This document shows positions 13,390-25,441 of a stretch of DNA of 59,235 nucleotides, one piece after another. A program made the translations under genes and the position numbers. Position 1 is the stretch's first letter. Every line of letters begins with the position of its first letter. Location: NCBI RefSeq assembly GCF_001194135.2, contig NC_069003.1:17191667-17250901 (forward strand). The letters are read 5' to 3'. The stretch comes from Octopus bimaculoides (lineage: Eukaryota). Under the pieces are notes generated by a model. That model saw only the letters and a list, made by a program, of their open reading frames with translations. It made no database searches and was not told the DNA's origin.

Positions 13390-14960
13390 ACTCACAAGGC
13401 AATAGAGGACAATAAAACATTCAGACAGATAGATGAAACAAGGGTGGACAGGAAAACCAACAATTAGAGGGACAGGAAAAAAAAGGACGGGTCATTTGTG
13501 GCCTTCTTTCTTCAGTCAAGTTACCAGATGTCCTTAGAGTTTCGGGCAGTTACACTTGAGACTGTTTGATCTGGTTGCCCCCAAAAAAGTTCAAGCTAAG
13601 AGCATTTGATTTTTTGGAAAGAAAGCTAGCAAATGTGTATGGCAACAAAGACAAAAAACGGAGAACATGGCAACAGTTACAAATACAAACAACAAGAATA
13701 TAACAAGAGGTGTCTTTCGACTGAGGACGAATCAAACTGAGCTGATGTGCATGAAGTGAAAGCCTTGAGGCAGGAACATAGGAGATGGACATAAGAGGTG
13801 TTGGTAGTCGGCAGTCAGGCCAAGAAAGAAAAATCATGGCTGGCTACACACCAGTCACGTGGAAGGAGGAGAGAGGGGCAGGGGGCAGCAGGATTGAAGG
13901 ATTAGAAAAAAAATCAGAGACAAAGGGAAAGGTACAGGGGAGATAAACGAGAAGGAAAAGTGGGAGTTAAACAAAGAGAGGGGAAGTGAGAAAAAGGAAA
14001 GAGGAAGAAAGTATGAGGTGGACTAAAAGACAGAGTAAAAGAATCGTACAAAATTTAGATACATACTTTCTATAAGGTGAGCACAAGTGTGTACGTATGC
14101 CGCTATATGTATATATAAATATTTAAAAAATGGAACAAAAATGCAATAGAGGACAGTAAAACATTCAGACAGATAGATGATACAAAGTCAGACAGGAAAA
14201 AAATGGACGGGTCATTCATGGCCTTCTTTGTTCAGTCAAGTTACCAGATGTCCTTATAGTTTCGGGCAGTTATACCTAAGACTGTTCGATCTGGTTGACC
14301 CCAAAAAAGTCTAAGCTAAGAGCTCTTAGCTTAGACTCTTTTCTTTTTCTTGCTCTCCCCCTCTCTCACATTTCTTGGCCCTCTCTTTAACTCCCACTTT
14401 TCCTCCTCGTTTATCTCCCCTGTACCTTTCCCGTTGTCTTTGATTTTTTATTAATCCTTCAATCCTGTTGCCCCCTACTCCTCTCTCCTCCTTCCACGTG
14501 ACCAGTATCCGGCCAGCCATGATCTTTCTTTCTTGGTCTGACAGCCAACACCTCTTATGTCCATCTCCTATGTTCCTGCCTCAAGGCTTTCACTTCATAC
14601 ACGCCAGCTCAATTTGATTTGTCCTCAGTCAAAAAACACCTCTTGTTATATTCTTGTTGTTTGTATTTGTAATTGTGTACCATGTTCTCTATTTTTTGTC
14701 TTTGTTGCCATACACATTTGCTAGCTTTCTTACAAAAAATCTAATGCTCTTAGCTTAGACTTTTTTGGGGGTAACCAGATCAAACAGTCTCAAGTGTAAC
14801 TGCCCGAAACTGTAAGGACATCTGGTAACTTGACTGAAGAAAGAAGGCCACGAATGACCCGTCCTTTTTTTTCCTGTCCCTCTAATTGTTGTTTTTCCTG
14901 TTCGCCTTTGTATCGTCTATCTGTCCGAATGTTTTATTTTCCTCTATTGCGTTTTTGTTC
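13390..14960. mobile_element. Inverted plus partial tandem arrangement of a Penelope-like terminal repeat
   Basis: About 13400-13870 is the reverse complement of about 14420-14950, with a partial direct copy at about 14140-14335. The shared GTTTCGGGCAGTTACAC / CTGAAGA segments are typical of PLE ends. Confidence 0.55.
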
Positions 14961-14999
14961 CATTTTTTTTTATTTACATATGCATAGAGTGGCATATGT

Positions 15000-15047
<48 letters not shown>

Positions 15048-15129
15048 GTATATATATAATATATATGTAACCCAACTGAGGGACCAGCTATCCAAATTGA
15101 TAGTAGCTTGGTAGATAAACCAACTAAGA

Positions 15130-16700
15130 ATATGAAAACAGGGAAAGCCTCTGGCCAATTAGGAATCATCACTGAGATGTTTAAAATATCTGGTGGAGTG
15201 GGATATGACATAGTCATTCTTATAGTTAATCAGGAAGTCATACCTAATGATTGGTGTAGCAGTACCATAGTTAACAGCTAGAAAGGTAAAGGTGATGCCT
15301 TAGACAGAAATAATTACAGAGGTGTCAAATTGCTGGACCAAGCAATGAAAGTTACAGAGAGGGTAATAGCTCAAACTAATTAGTAAGAGAATTAGTCTAG
15401 ATGCAATGCAGTTTGGTTTTGTGCCTGGGAGAAGCATGACTGATGCTATATTCTTTGTATGGCAACTGCAGGAGAAATATTTAGCCATTTATCCAAAAAT
15501 GAATTTCTGTATTTAGCTTTTGTTGACATGGAGAAAGCTTTTGACAGGGTCTCCTGATCCCTTATCTAGTGGTTAATGTGGAAAGTAGAGATAGATGATT
15601 GGTTGGTGAGAGCTGTACAAGCCATATACAGGGATGCTGCCAGTAAGGTGAAGGTTGGCAGTGAGTTTAGTAATGAATTTAGTGTACAAGTAGGAGTTTA
15701 CCAAAGATCAGTTCTTTGCCCACTCTAATTTATCATAGTCCTTCAGGCCATAACAGAGGAATTCAAGACTGGCTACCCCTAAGAGCTCTTCTATGCTGAT
15801 GACCTTATTCTTATAGCTGAATCATTACCTGACTTAGAGAAGAAATTTCAGGTGTGAAAGCAAGGTCTGGAATCTAAGGGCCTTAGAATTAATTTAGCAA
15901 AGACCAAAATCCTTGTAAGTAGGAAAACAGACAAATCATAAGTCCCTTCAGGGAGATGACCCTGCTCAATATGTAAGAAGGGTGTTGGAAGAAACTCCAT
16001 ACATTGTAGTCAGCACAAACTTTGGATACATAAGAGGTGTAGCAGTATCACAGGAAGGTTAACAGAAAAAAATAATCATTGTGTGTGGCAAATGTGCAGG
16101 TAAGATTAGCACTAAGAATGCACAGAGAATAGACTTTCTCAAATGCTCAGGAGGGATCCTTAGAAGTAGTAGATAGCTTCTTTTACCTAGGTGGCCAAGT
16201 TAGTAGTGGAGGAGAAAGTTCTGAAAAGCTGGAAAAAGTTCAGAGATCTTCCCTCAGAGTGAAAGGCAGATTGTATGATGCCCAAGTACATATGGCTATG
16301 CTACATGGCAGTAAAACAAGGGATATGACTACAGAAGACTTGTGAAGGGTTGAAAGAAATGAAGCCAGTATGCTCTGCTAGATGGGTAATGTCAGTGTGC
16401 ACACACAACAGAATGTAAATGATTTCAGAAGAAAACTGGGTATATAAGGCATCAGATGTTGTGTGCAAGAGAAGACTGCGCTGGCATGGTCATGTGATGT
16501 ATATGGATGAGGGCAGCTGCTTAAAGAAGTGCTAATCTCTAATTGTGGAGAGAACCTGTGAAAGAGGTAGACCTAAGAAAATGTGGGACAAAGTGGTGAG
16601 AAAGGATCTCCAGATGCTGGGCTTCACTAAGGAAATGACAAGGGACTGGGACTTGTGGCAATTTGCTGTATTTGAGAAGACACTTCAAGCTAAGTAAAAT
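15130..16700 (+). mobile_element. 5'-truncated, decayed RTE-type LINE (reverse transcriptase)
   Basis: Broken RT motifs: NYRGVKLLDQAMKV, QFGFVPGRSMTDAIF, LAFVDMEKAFDRV, YADDL, and a C-terminal RGRPKKMWDKVV segment. Confidence 0.85.
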
Positions 16701-18004
16701 TGTGGCCATCCATACAGAGAGGCACATCTCTTATAGTCCTGCCCCCACTCCCTCTCTCAGTTGAGAGGTCTTTGTCTTGTAGGTGCCAGTTCCACATAAA
16801 AAGCACCCAGTACACGCTGTAAAGTGGTTGGCATTAGAAAGGGCATCCAATGTAGAAACCATGCCAAAACAGACAACTGGAGTCTGGACAGCTCCCCAGC
16901 TGGCCAGCTCCTGTCAAACTGTCCAACCCATGCTGGAATGGAAAACAGACATTAAACAATAATGATGATGATGGTGATGATATATATATATAGCTATATG
17001 AGCATGCCTTTGAGCATGTATTTGTTCCCCACCACTGCTTGTCAACTGCTATTGGTTTCTTCAAATGCTCTGTAACTTACTGGTTCAGCAAAAGGAGACC
17101 AAAAGAATAAGAATCAGGATTAAAAAAAATTGCACTGGGTCAAATTGTTTGACTAAACCCTTCAAGTATGGCTGTAGTCCTATAATTGAAACAAATAAAA
17201 GATTAAGAGATAGGCTATAATTTATATTAGCGGCAGAAATTTGGTTCTAATCACAAGTTCTTCATTCATTACATTCACTTCTACACCCATGCCCAATTTT
17301 GTCACTTTCTCATACACTTTTGAAACCTCTACCCACCCACACTCCTTGTTGTTCTATCCCCACTCACTTCTACTCACCTTGTACTTGAGGGTTCAACCTA
17401 ACACTGCATCACCGCTATTTTTATTATCTATCCAGCTTCACCTTAGTTACTTCCACTCTCCTCAAATGTTAGTAGCACTGTAGTTCCTCTACAGCAAGAA
17501 AGCTGTTCCGTTTTGGCCCTTTCTCTTCTATTTCAACCCCTCATCTTCTAGAGTAAATATTTCAACCTTCCTCTGAGTTCATAGTCTTGCAGGCTGAATG
17601 ACATCTTCACTAGTGCTGGTGGCATGATAAAAAGCATCTAGTACACTCTGGAAATGCATTTAGCTGTAGAAACCATGCTAAAGCAGACACTGAAGTTATT
17701 AGTAGAACTCAATATACATATGTTTCAAAATAAAGTATCAGATGAGTATAGAGTGGTAATAACAAAAAGAAATAACACAGGAAAAACAATAGTTATGTTA
17801 TGAACTTAACCACTGTTTTCCTGTCATCTCTTTTTCTTATATCAATATATATATATAAGCAAAAACATTTGAGTTTTCACATACGAAGTAAGATATCACT
17901 ACTGCTAATATCAGCTGCAGTGAATATTTTTAAATGATAATATTAACAGCAGTAATATAGGCAGTTTAACAGGTCTGATAGCATTATATAGCTATAAAAT
18001 TTAA

Positions 18005-18256
18005 AGTTAGCACAAGGCATGAGGATGCGGAAGCAGCATTGACCTGTTTAGAAATAGGAGCTAAATTGGTAACTGCCGGAAAGTACCAAATAACAGAAAA
18101 AGGTATGCTTTTTTTAATGTCTTAATTCTTTATCTGTTACCTCCCCTCCTGTTGTTTTTCTGTTATTTGGTGCTTTCCGGCAATTGAATTAGGAATTTAG
18201 CTCCAATTTCTAAACAGCTCAATGCTGTTTCCGCATCCTCATGCCTTGTGCTAACT
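18005..18256. mobile_element. Palindromic MITE with TTAA target duplication and AG..CT termini (Kolobok-like)
   Basis: TTAA(18001-04)|AGTTAGCACAAGGCATGAGGATGCGGAA ... TTCCGCATCCTCATGCCTTGTGCTAACT|TTAA(18257-60); arms of about 100 bp and a spacer of about 55 bp. Confidence 0.65.
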
Positions 18257-18622
18257 TTAACTTGTACACACACACACATGAAGACATAAATATCATCATC
18301 TTTTAAAGTCAGTTTTCTATGTTGACATGAGTTGGAAAGTTTGACAAGATCTAGCAAGGTGGAGGACTGCATTGAATTTTAATGTCTGCTTTGGTATGGT
18401 TTCTAACTGGGTACTCTTCCTAATGCCATTATACAGCATAAACTGGACGCTGTTTTTTTCAACACACCAGTACTAGTGAGGTCACCATGCAATTCACAAG
18501 ATTTATCTCATTGACTGTGACTACAGTAAAGAATGAGGAGGACAACAAATAAGCATAACTGTTAGATGTACTCACCAGAAAAGATTTTGGCTGCTGCATG
18601 GTAGAAGATGATGCAATGGAAG

Positions 18623-20452
18623 TTATTGGGAATAATGACGTAACTTTTCTTTGTACAGTTCAATGTAGGATCTGAGCTCATTATGAACTCCTCTTATAAC
18701 TTTGATGTTGCGTTCACGATTGGGGTCGTTATCAGCAAAGATTTGGAGACCTTCCTGTATAAGTGCCAACCCTGTAGCCAAATGATCAACATTCAACTGA
18801 AGTTGGGTGGAGGCAGCTTCTATATCTTCCTCTTCTTCTTCTGCAGCTCGATCTTGTTCCAACAGCAGCAGCTCCTCATTAGACAAGCTTTCTCTATGGG
18901 ACACCAATAACTCAATCACATCATTTTCTTTGACTTCTTCAAACCCTGCACTATTTGTAAGTGTCACAATGTCCTGCTGAACTTGATATAGACTTTCTAC
19001 TGGTGGAAAATCTGTAAAGTCACGGACACAGTCTGGCCATATGTTTTTCCAAACACTGTTCATTGTTGAAAGTTTTACTTCATTCCATGAGTCAGCTATA
19101 TTATCTACAGCATTCATAATGTTAAACTTTGTCCAATAGTCTCTAACTGTAGTTTTATCCTCACCATCAATGGCTTTTATGAGTTGTTTAAAAATTCTTC
19201 TGTGGTAATATGCTTTGAAGAGAGCTACCACACCTTGATCCATTGGCTGGAGTAAAGAGGCTGTGTTCTTGGGAATAAATTCCACCCTCACGTTATCAGA
19301 AAGATCATTTAAGTTCACAGGGTGGCTTGGTGCATTGTCTAAAAGTAGCAATGCCTTGTTGGAAATATTACGCTTTGCACTGTAGATTTCTATAGCAGGG
19401 CAAAAAAAGTTTGTAAACCAGTCTTGGAAAAGGCTTGTAGTCATCCAAGCCTTCTTATTTGAACGCCATATTACAGGTAGATTAGACTTAGCATAACCCT
19501 TGAAAGCTTTTGGATTTTCAGAGTGATAAACAAGTAGGGGCTTTAATTTCATATTACCAGCAGCATTTCCTCCCACAAGAAGTGTCAGGCGATCTTTAGA
19601 AACTTTAAAGCCTGGTGCTGATTTTTCTTCATTGGAAATAAAAGTCCCAGCAGGCATACGCTTCCAGAAAAGTCCAGTTTCATCAACATTGTACACTTGT
19701 TCTGGTGTGTAGCCTCCTTCAACAATCATTTTCTTGAGTTTCTCAACATAACTAGTATTAGCTACCATATCAGCCTCTGCATTAGCTTCTATATGAACTT
19801 TTGTATCTTCTGTACTGTCTTCTATATGAATTTTTATATTAGTCTCTGTACTATCATCTATATTAACCTCTGTATCAGCCTCTATATTGTCATATATATC
19901 ATCTTCGGTATTTGCCATTGTGTCTTCTGTATTAGTACATATATCAATATTTGTGCCAATACTGTCAGCTCCATTGTTCATTTTTATTTTGTGCAATTTA
20001 AAACGTTTTTTAAACCTTTCAAACCAGCCTTTACTAGCAAGGAAAGGTTTCACAACAGAAGTTGCACCTTCCTTTTCCTGCAAATGTTCATACAAAGTTT
20101 TTGCTTTCGCCTGAATGACCACTGCACTTATTGGTACATTATGTCTAGTCTGTTCATTGATCCACACACTCAGGAGCCGTTCCATCTTCAGCATTACATC
20201 AGATCTATGAAAAAACAATGTCCGGGCAGTTAAAGGAGTAGTTTCTTGAGCAATTTTTCTAATTTTGTCTTTATTGTCACGTATTGTTCCTACTGTAGAT
20301 GCTGCAAGCTTTAACGATTTTGCTATGTGACTTAGTTTTTCTCCTGCATCGAATCTACGTAAAATATCAAGCTTAACGTCTAATGTAATCCCTTTCCGAC
20401 TCCTTTTCACACTACTGCTTTGACTTCCATTTGATGGCCTCTTTCCAGTCAT
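18623..20452 (-). CDS. Tigger/pogo transposase-derived protein (TIGD/CENP-B-like): N-terminal HTH, Tc5-type HTH, DDE_1 domain; 609 aa from the first ATG
   Basis: Uninterrupted 1.83-kb ORF. Motifs ITLDVKLDILRRFDAGEKLSHIAKSL, ASKGWFERFKKR, NVDETGLFWKRMP, KDRLTLLVGGNAAG, LLLLDNAPSH and LQPMDQG. Catalytic Asp codons at 19682-84, 19337-39 and 19238-40, with 32 residues between D2 and D3. The ORF-track start at 20530 is a GTG. Confidence 0.93.
   Translation of the reverse strand: MTGKRPSNGSQSSSVKRSRKGITLDVKLDILRRFDAGEKLSHIAKSLKLAASTVGTIRDNKDKIRKIAQETTPLTARTLFFHRSDVMLKMERLLSVWINEQTRHNVPISAVVIQAKAKTLYEHLQEKEGATSVVKPFLASKGWFERFKKRFKLHKIKMNNGADSIGTNIDICTNTEDTMANTEDDIYDNIEADTEVNIDDSTETNIKIHIEDSTEDTKVHIEANAEADMVANTSYVEKLKKMIVEGGYTPEQVYNVDETGLFWKRMPAGTFISNEEKSAPGFKVSKDRLTLLVGGNAAGNMKLKPLLVYHSENPKAFKGYAKSNLPVIWRSNKKAWMTTSLFQDWFTNFFCPAIEIYSAKRNISNKALLLLDNAPSHPVNLNDLSDNVRVEFIPKNTASLLQPMDQGVVALFKAYYHRRIFKQLIKAIDGEDKTTVRDYWTKFNIMNAVDNIADSWNEVKLSTMNSVWKNIWPDCVRDFTDFPPVESLYQVQQDIVTLTNSAGFEEVKENDVIELLVSHRESLSNEELLLLEQDRAAEEEEEDIEAASTQLQLNVDHLATGLALIQEGLQIFADNDPNRERNIKVIRGVHNELRSYIELYKEKLRHYSQ
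19751..19972 (-). repeat. Degenerate 12-bp (4-aa) tandem expansion inside the transposase ORF
   Basis: Peptide units TNID/TNTE/ANTE/DNIE/ADTE/VNID/DSTE/TNIK/IHIE/DSTE/ANAE replace the short GEAASAD-type linker between the HTH and DDE domains. Confidence 0.75.
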
Positions 20453-22500
20453 CTTGAATAAGCGTAACGTCTTCACTGTACGTTCGTAAAAGTTAAATCC
20501 AACAGCAGCAATGGTAGTCAAGAAATCCACAAGAAATATATATTACTTCTAACAAGAAAAAAGAAATATTTTGACATTTATATTGTGATTTAGGTTATTA
20601 TTAAAATAGTTAGAATTTAGCCGAGTTACCGTGGCGTGAAATTTCGGTTCGTATCCCGAAATTAGTTGTTATAGTTCACAATTACCGTAAGTGCGGAACT
20701 TCCGTAATATGAATTTCCGTAACGCGAGGGATATCTTCGTGTAAACAGATTTTTATATCAAGTATTAAAAACACTCGTGTTTATTATATTTACTCGAATA
20801 TTATTAATTAGAAATTAATTCACCTTCTGAAGCGCTGTTAGGAACATTACATTTCGCGGTTGTAGGTGTGTCGCTTACATCTTTCAAAAAAAAAAAAACG
20901 CTACCAGAATAATTTTTTCCCGTAAATATTGAAAAACGGAAAAAAAAGAGAGAAAAACCTATCTTTAATTATATAAAAATTTTACAAATACCAGTATAAT
21001 ATTCTAAATCACACACACACATATATATATATATATATACGCACAGAGCTTTTTTAATGATATAAATATAATAAAATTTCAATTCTAAATAAAATTATTA
21101 TAACTCTAAAGAAACTACTACAACACAAACCTATTAACTTTTTAAATATAATTTAAATTGTCTTACTTAATTAAATCTTTAAAACTTCTTTATTAATTAC
21201 CATTTACGAAACTACAGCTAAGAAAAAGTAACTAGAACTATCATTAGCGTCAAAATTCAATTTTGTTTGTGAAAAATTTCAGCAAAGGAATCAGATCTCG
21301 CTTCCCCAAGTATCTTAATTCACTGATATACATATATATAAACAAAATATACGCCCACACACCACATATATATATATATATATACACACACACATACCCA
21401 TATCCTGGGACAAGAGGAAGTAAGTTTATTTATCTATTTCGTTATTTATTTTGGTGAAATTTCTCCTCGTTTCATATTTTTCTTTCTGTTGTATGTAATT
21501 GTATGATCTTAGAAGCAAAACTTGGTGGAAATGGAATGGAATCGACATAGGTTGTTATGCACAGGTCGTCGAAGTGATTCTGAATTAAAATGTAAAACCG
21601 AAATGACAATTGTTATGGCCAGAATGGCTCTCTTTTAGGACTCAGGTGAATTTGGGGCTAAACAACAACAACGAGGCATCTTCTATTTGGTCATAGAACT
21701 TGCGAAAAGTTCTATGACGAACGAAAGATTGCCTAGATATGATACAGTGCTAAATGTATAATGACCGAAAGGATTAAAAAAAGATGTAATCACCTCGACT
21801 AGAACGGCTTTGATAAAACAGAACTTCTAGAAACAGCAGCTAAATTTTCTTGATAGGAGCGAGAAGGAATGGAAGTGACAAAGGTTGTTTCCTATTTTAC
21901 TTACAGGGCTTCGAAACGATTCTGAAATACAATATAAACCGAAATAGTTATTGTTATATATGAAAATAAGCGAAAGTAAAGAATAAGTACATCCGGTGTT
22001 TAGGGTTAGGGTTTTTGTTACGCCGAAAACGGCTGGTGTACGTATTCTTTTATCTCCGCCTGAAAATATGGATTTCTTTAAGGACTGAACTGAATTTGGG
22101 GCTTAAAAAAACAAAAAAGACACACAAGATAACTTCTGTTTGGTCACAGAACTTGCTACAAATAGCAGCCCCAGATCTCCTTCATAACACACGAAAGACA
22201 CATTAGGTCGGTGGTTCTCAACATTCTTTCCCCCTTGCCTATGGCTCCCTTTGACTATTATTTTATTCTGGTGGACCCCATAGCCATTCGATATTTAGAA
22301 ACTAGTTTTATAGAAACTCATTTCAGAATGCCTATTTTGTTTTTCACACGTTGACTTGCGTACGTTTGCAATAGCATTCTCCCGGAGAACATGTTTCAGT
22401 GGCCGGAATCCTGTTGAACCGCGTAAAGTGTTAGAGAAAGAAACCTAGCTGTTTTTCCAAAATTTATCTGCTTTTCAACGAATTTTCAAATCGGAAGTGA
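20200..22500. promoter_or_regulatory. CpG-retaining region, candidate divergent promoter for the TIGD-like gene and MAD1L1
   Basis: CpG dinucleotides are visibly much denser here than in flanking CpG-depleted DNA. Palindromic ETS-like CGGAACTTCCG at about 20694-20704; candidate plus-strand donors ACC|GTAAGT (20687) and GAA|GTAAGT (21420). TSS not observed. Confidence 0.5.
20685..20743 (-). repeat. Possible 5' TIR/subterminal remnant of the Tigger element
   Basis: Minus strand TACACGAAGATATCCCTCGCGTTACGGAAATTCATATTACGGAAGTTCCGCACTTACGG resembles Tigger/pogo TA-CAG..CCTCG..TTACG termini, with three TTACGG units. Confidence 0.4.
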
Positions 22501-24913
22501 TCTTTAAGAAAAATCATATGTTTACAAAAGAATTGGCGAGCTGGCAGAATCATTAGCACGTTGGACAAAATGCTTAGCGGTATTTCTCTCTGCTCTTTTA
22601 CGCTTTGGGTTCAGATTCCACCGAGAACAATTTTTCTCAACTTTGCTTTTCAACTTTTCTGGGTCGATAAAATAAATACTTGTTGAGTACTGGGGTCGAT
22701 GTAATTGACTTCCATTTTTTGCCAAAATTTGAAAGAATTATTTTTAATGGTAGAACTCGAAGTAGATAAGATTATAAATAACAGCGTGTAGAGTATTGAG
22801 TTTAAAAACTCTTTAGATTTAAAAGAAGGGGGGGGGAAAGGATGCCAGTAGGAAGAACTAAAGTTAAATTCAAAATTGTCTTGAGTTCAGTCTCACTGTG
22901 TAGCACCTTGGGCAAGTCTCTTTTACTATAACCCTTATGAATGAATTTCGTTGATGGAAACTGGAATAAGCCCATCGTGTTTGTACGTCATCATGTAACG
23001 TCCGTTTTCCAGGCTAACATGGGTTGGACGGTTTGACTGGAGATGACAAGCCAGAGGACTGCATCAGGCTTTACTGTCTTGTTTTGGCATGGTTTTATAG
23101 CTGTTTGCCTTCACTGTTTGACAACTGGTGTTGGTTTGTTCATATGCCCATAACTTAGCAGTTCATCAAAAGAGAACTACAGAATAAGTACCAGGCTTTC
23201 AAAGAATATAGTACTGGGGTCGGTTTGTTTACCTAAACCCTTCAAGGCAATGCCTCAGTATAGCCACAGTCAAGTGACTGAAACGAACAAAAGAGAAACT
23301 ATAGCTGCTAGAAGTTTTCCTTCAGTTGTATAGTATAAAAGAGAGTTACACAGTTTGTTAACCAAACTTTTAACCCTTTTTAGCATGAGGTCCTCCTGTG
23401 TTACTCAGCACATTGGGTGGAAAGCTTCCTCCATTGAGTTTGGTTGGCTGCTTCTCTTGTACATCATCATCATCATCATCATCGTTTAATGTTCGCTTTC
23501 CATGCTAGCATGGGTTGGACGATTTGACTGAGGACTGGTGAAACCAGATGGCTACACTAGGCTCCAATCTGATTTGGCAGAGTTTCTACAGCTAGATGCC
23601 CTTCCTAGAGAGTGTAGTGGGTGCTTTTACATGCCACCGGCATGAGGGCCAGTCAGGCGGTACTGGCAATGGCCACGCTCAAAAAGGTGTTTTTTACGTG
23701 CCACCTGCACAGGAGCCAGTCCATCAGCACTGGCATCAACATCTTAATTCTAAATTATAATTTGTTTTGAAATTTTAATGTTGTCTGTCTTCGAGTCATC
23801 TTGAAATGTCTTCTGCCAAGTGATCTTTGGTCTGCCCCTTTTACACTTGTTGAAAGGCAGTACCTGAGTCATGGCTGGTTTTGAGTGCCATTGATTACCT
23901 AGCTGGAGAATGTAACCAGCTAGGCAGAATTGGTGTTCTGAAGGATGACCTCAGAACGCAGAACCTTTCAGATGAAACGACAAAGTACTGAGATACTGGT
24001 GCCTTGATACTGCAATACTCAAGAATACAGCAGAAGTGTTAAGGCTGCATCTCCTGGTAGAGAGAATTGGCCTGCAAAAGTCCTGTGCCAGTGCCATGTA
24101 AAAAGCACTCATGCCACTGCCATGTGGAAGCATTCATGCAGGTGGCACGTTAAAAGCACACACTGTAAAGTGGTTGGCATTAGGAAGGGTATCCAGCTGT
24201 TGAAACCAAGCCAACTCAGACTGGAACCTGGTGCAGCTCTCCAGCTGACCAGCTCTGGTCAAACCATCCAATCCATGCCAGCAGAGAAAATGGAGATCAA
24301 AAAATGATGATGTGACTTCACGCTTCTCAGAATCTCCTCTTTTGTGACACTGCCACCAGTTCACCCTCAGGATCTTTCTGAGGCACCTTTGAAGGAATAC
24401 ATTTAACCCTTTACAAAACTTTCTCTTCCTTTTCCTTCTACTGTATAAGTATTAAAAAACTAAGATTGAGCTTTGCCTAACCCTTTTGATACCAACCCAT
24501 CTGAGTCAGTCCATTTCTGTATTACAAACTTTCTGTTTTAAAGTGATCTAAATTAGAACCTTCCAAACAAAATTTCGTGTTAATTTATGTTCCTAATACC
24601 AGCTTACTAAATTCTTCATTATTTTCAAAATTAAGTGTATTTCAAAAGAAACTTGGTAAAAGGATTAAGTATTTTATGTTTCTATCAGTCTATATGTTTT
24701 GTAATTCACCTGAGACAGAACCCTGGCTCTATAGCTTATGGTGTTTAAAGTGATCTATATTAAAACCTTCCATCAAAATATCATGTTAATTTATATTCCT
24801 AATTACCAGCTTATTAACCCTTTAGCATTCAAGTATAATGCTTATTTATTCACATTGTTTTGAATTAACCATGCATCATCTCATAGATTTGAGATTTCAG
24901 TATAATTGTTTAT

Positions 24914-25217
24914 TGTTATAATGTGGATCCTCATCCACTTGTATGTTATTGTCGGCACTGTAATATTTTTGTCACTATTATTATGTTGTGGTGGTATTCT
25001 GTGTCTTATTGCTGATAGTTCTGCTGGACAATGACTTTGGAATGTTTACCTTGATGGTAACTCAAACTCGTATGTATCTCATAACTGACACTGACTCAAA
25101 CTGAGAACTCGTGACTCTATTACTACTGACCCAGCTATGACCGACTGACTCTCTGACTTTATAGTGGCTGGTCATATCACTTTGTCATGTGAGAAGGAGT
25201 GTACTATTTTCAATACA
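24914..25217 (-). repeat. 3' LTR
   Basis: Direct repeat of 29790-30119 with substitutions and indels; polypurine tract adjacent at about 25218-25228. Confidence 0.9.
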
Positions 25218-25441
25218 TCTCCCCTTTTAGTTTTATTTTGGTGGTGGGGAAGCAAGTAATTTTATTTTGCTTTATTCATCCCTCCTCTTTTTAGCGGTTT
25301 TTAATTTCTTTTTCTTTTTGGCTTCTCTGTGTTCTTCCTTTTTTTTCCCCACTTGTATGCATGGTTTTAACAACCTGTAATGGTGTTGGTATCTGGAATG
25401 TGTCATACAGCCATTCCATAGGTTCTTCCAATCTGTCTGGT

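Noticed and set aside
18005-18100. Exon-like reading VSTRHEDAEAALTCLEIGAK with a downstream GTATG donor
   Set aside because: It is one arm of a TTAA-flanked palindromic MITE, and the same peptide appears on the opposite arm.
18400-18622. 3' TIR of the Tigger ORF (TACAGTAAAG at about 18522)
   Set aside because: Only TACAG matches; the CCTCG..TTACG core seen upstream is absent.
18683-20233. Plus-strand ORFs overlapping the transposase (18683-18910, 19697-20233, 19887-20114)
   Set aside because: Antisense shadow ORFs produced by the codon and repeat structure of the real minus-strand gene.
20453-20530. 26-aa N-terminal extension of the Tigger ORF in the ORF track
   Set aside because: It starts at GTG; the first ATG (20452, MTGKRPS) matches the usual Tigger start.
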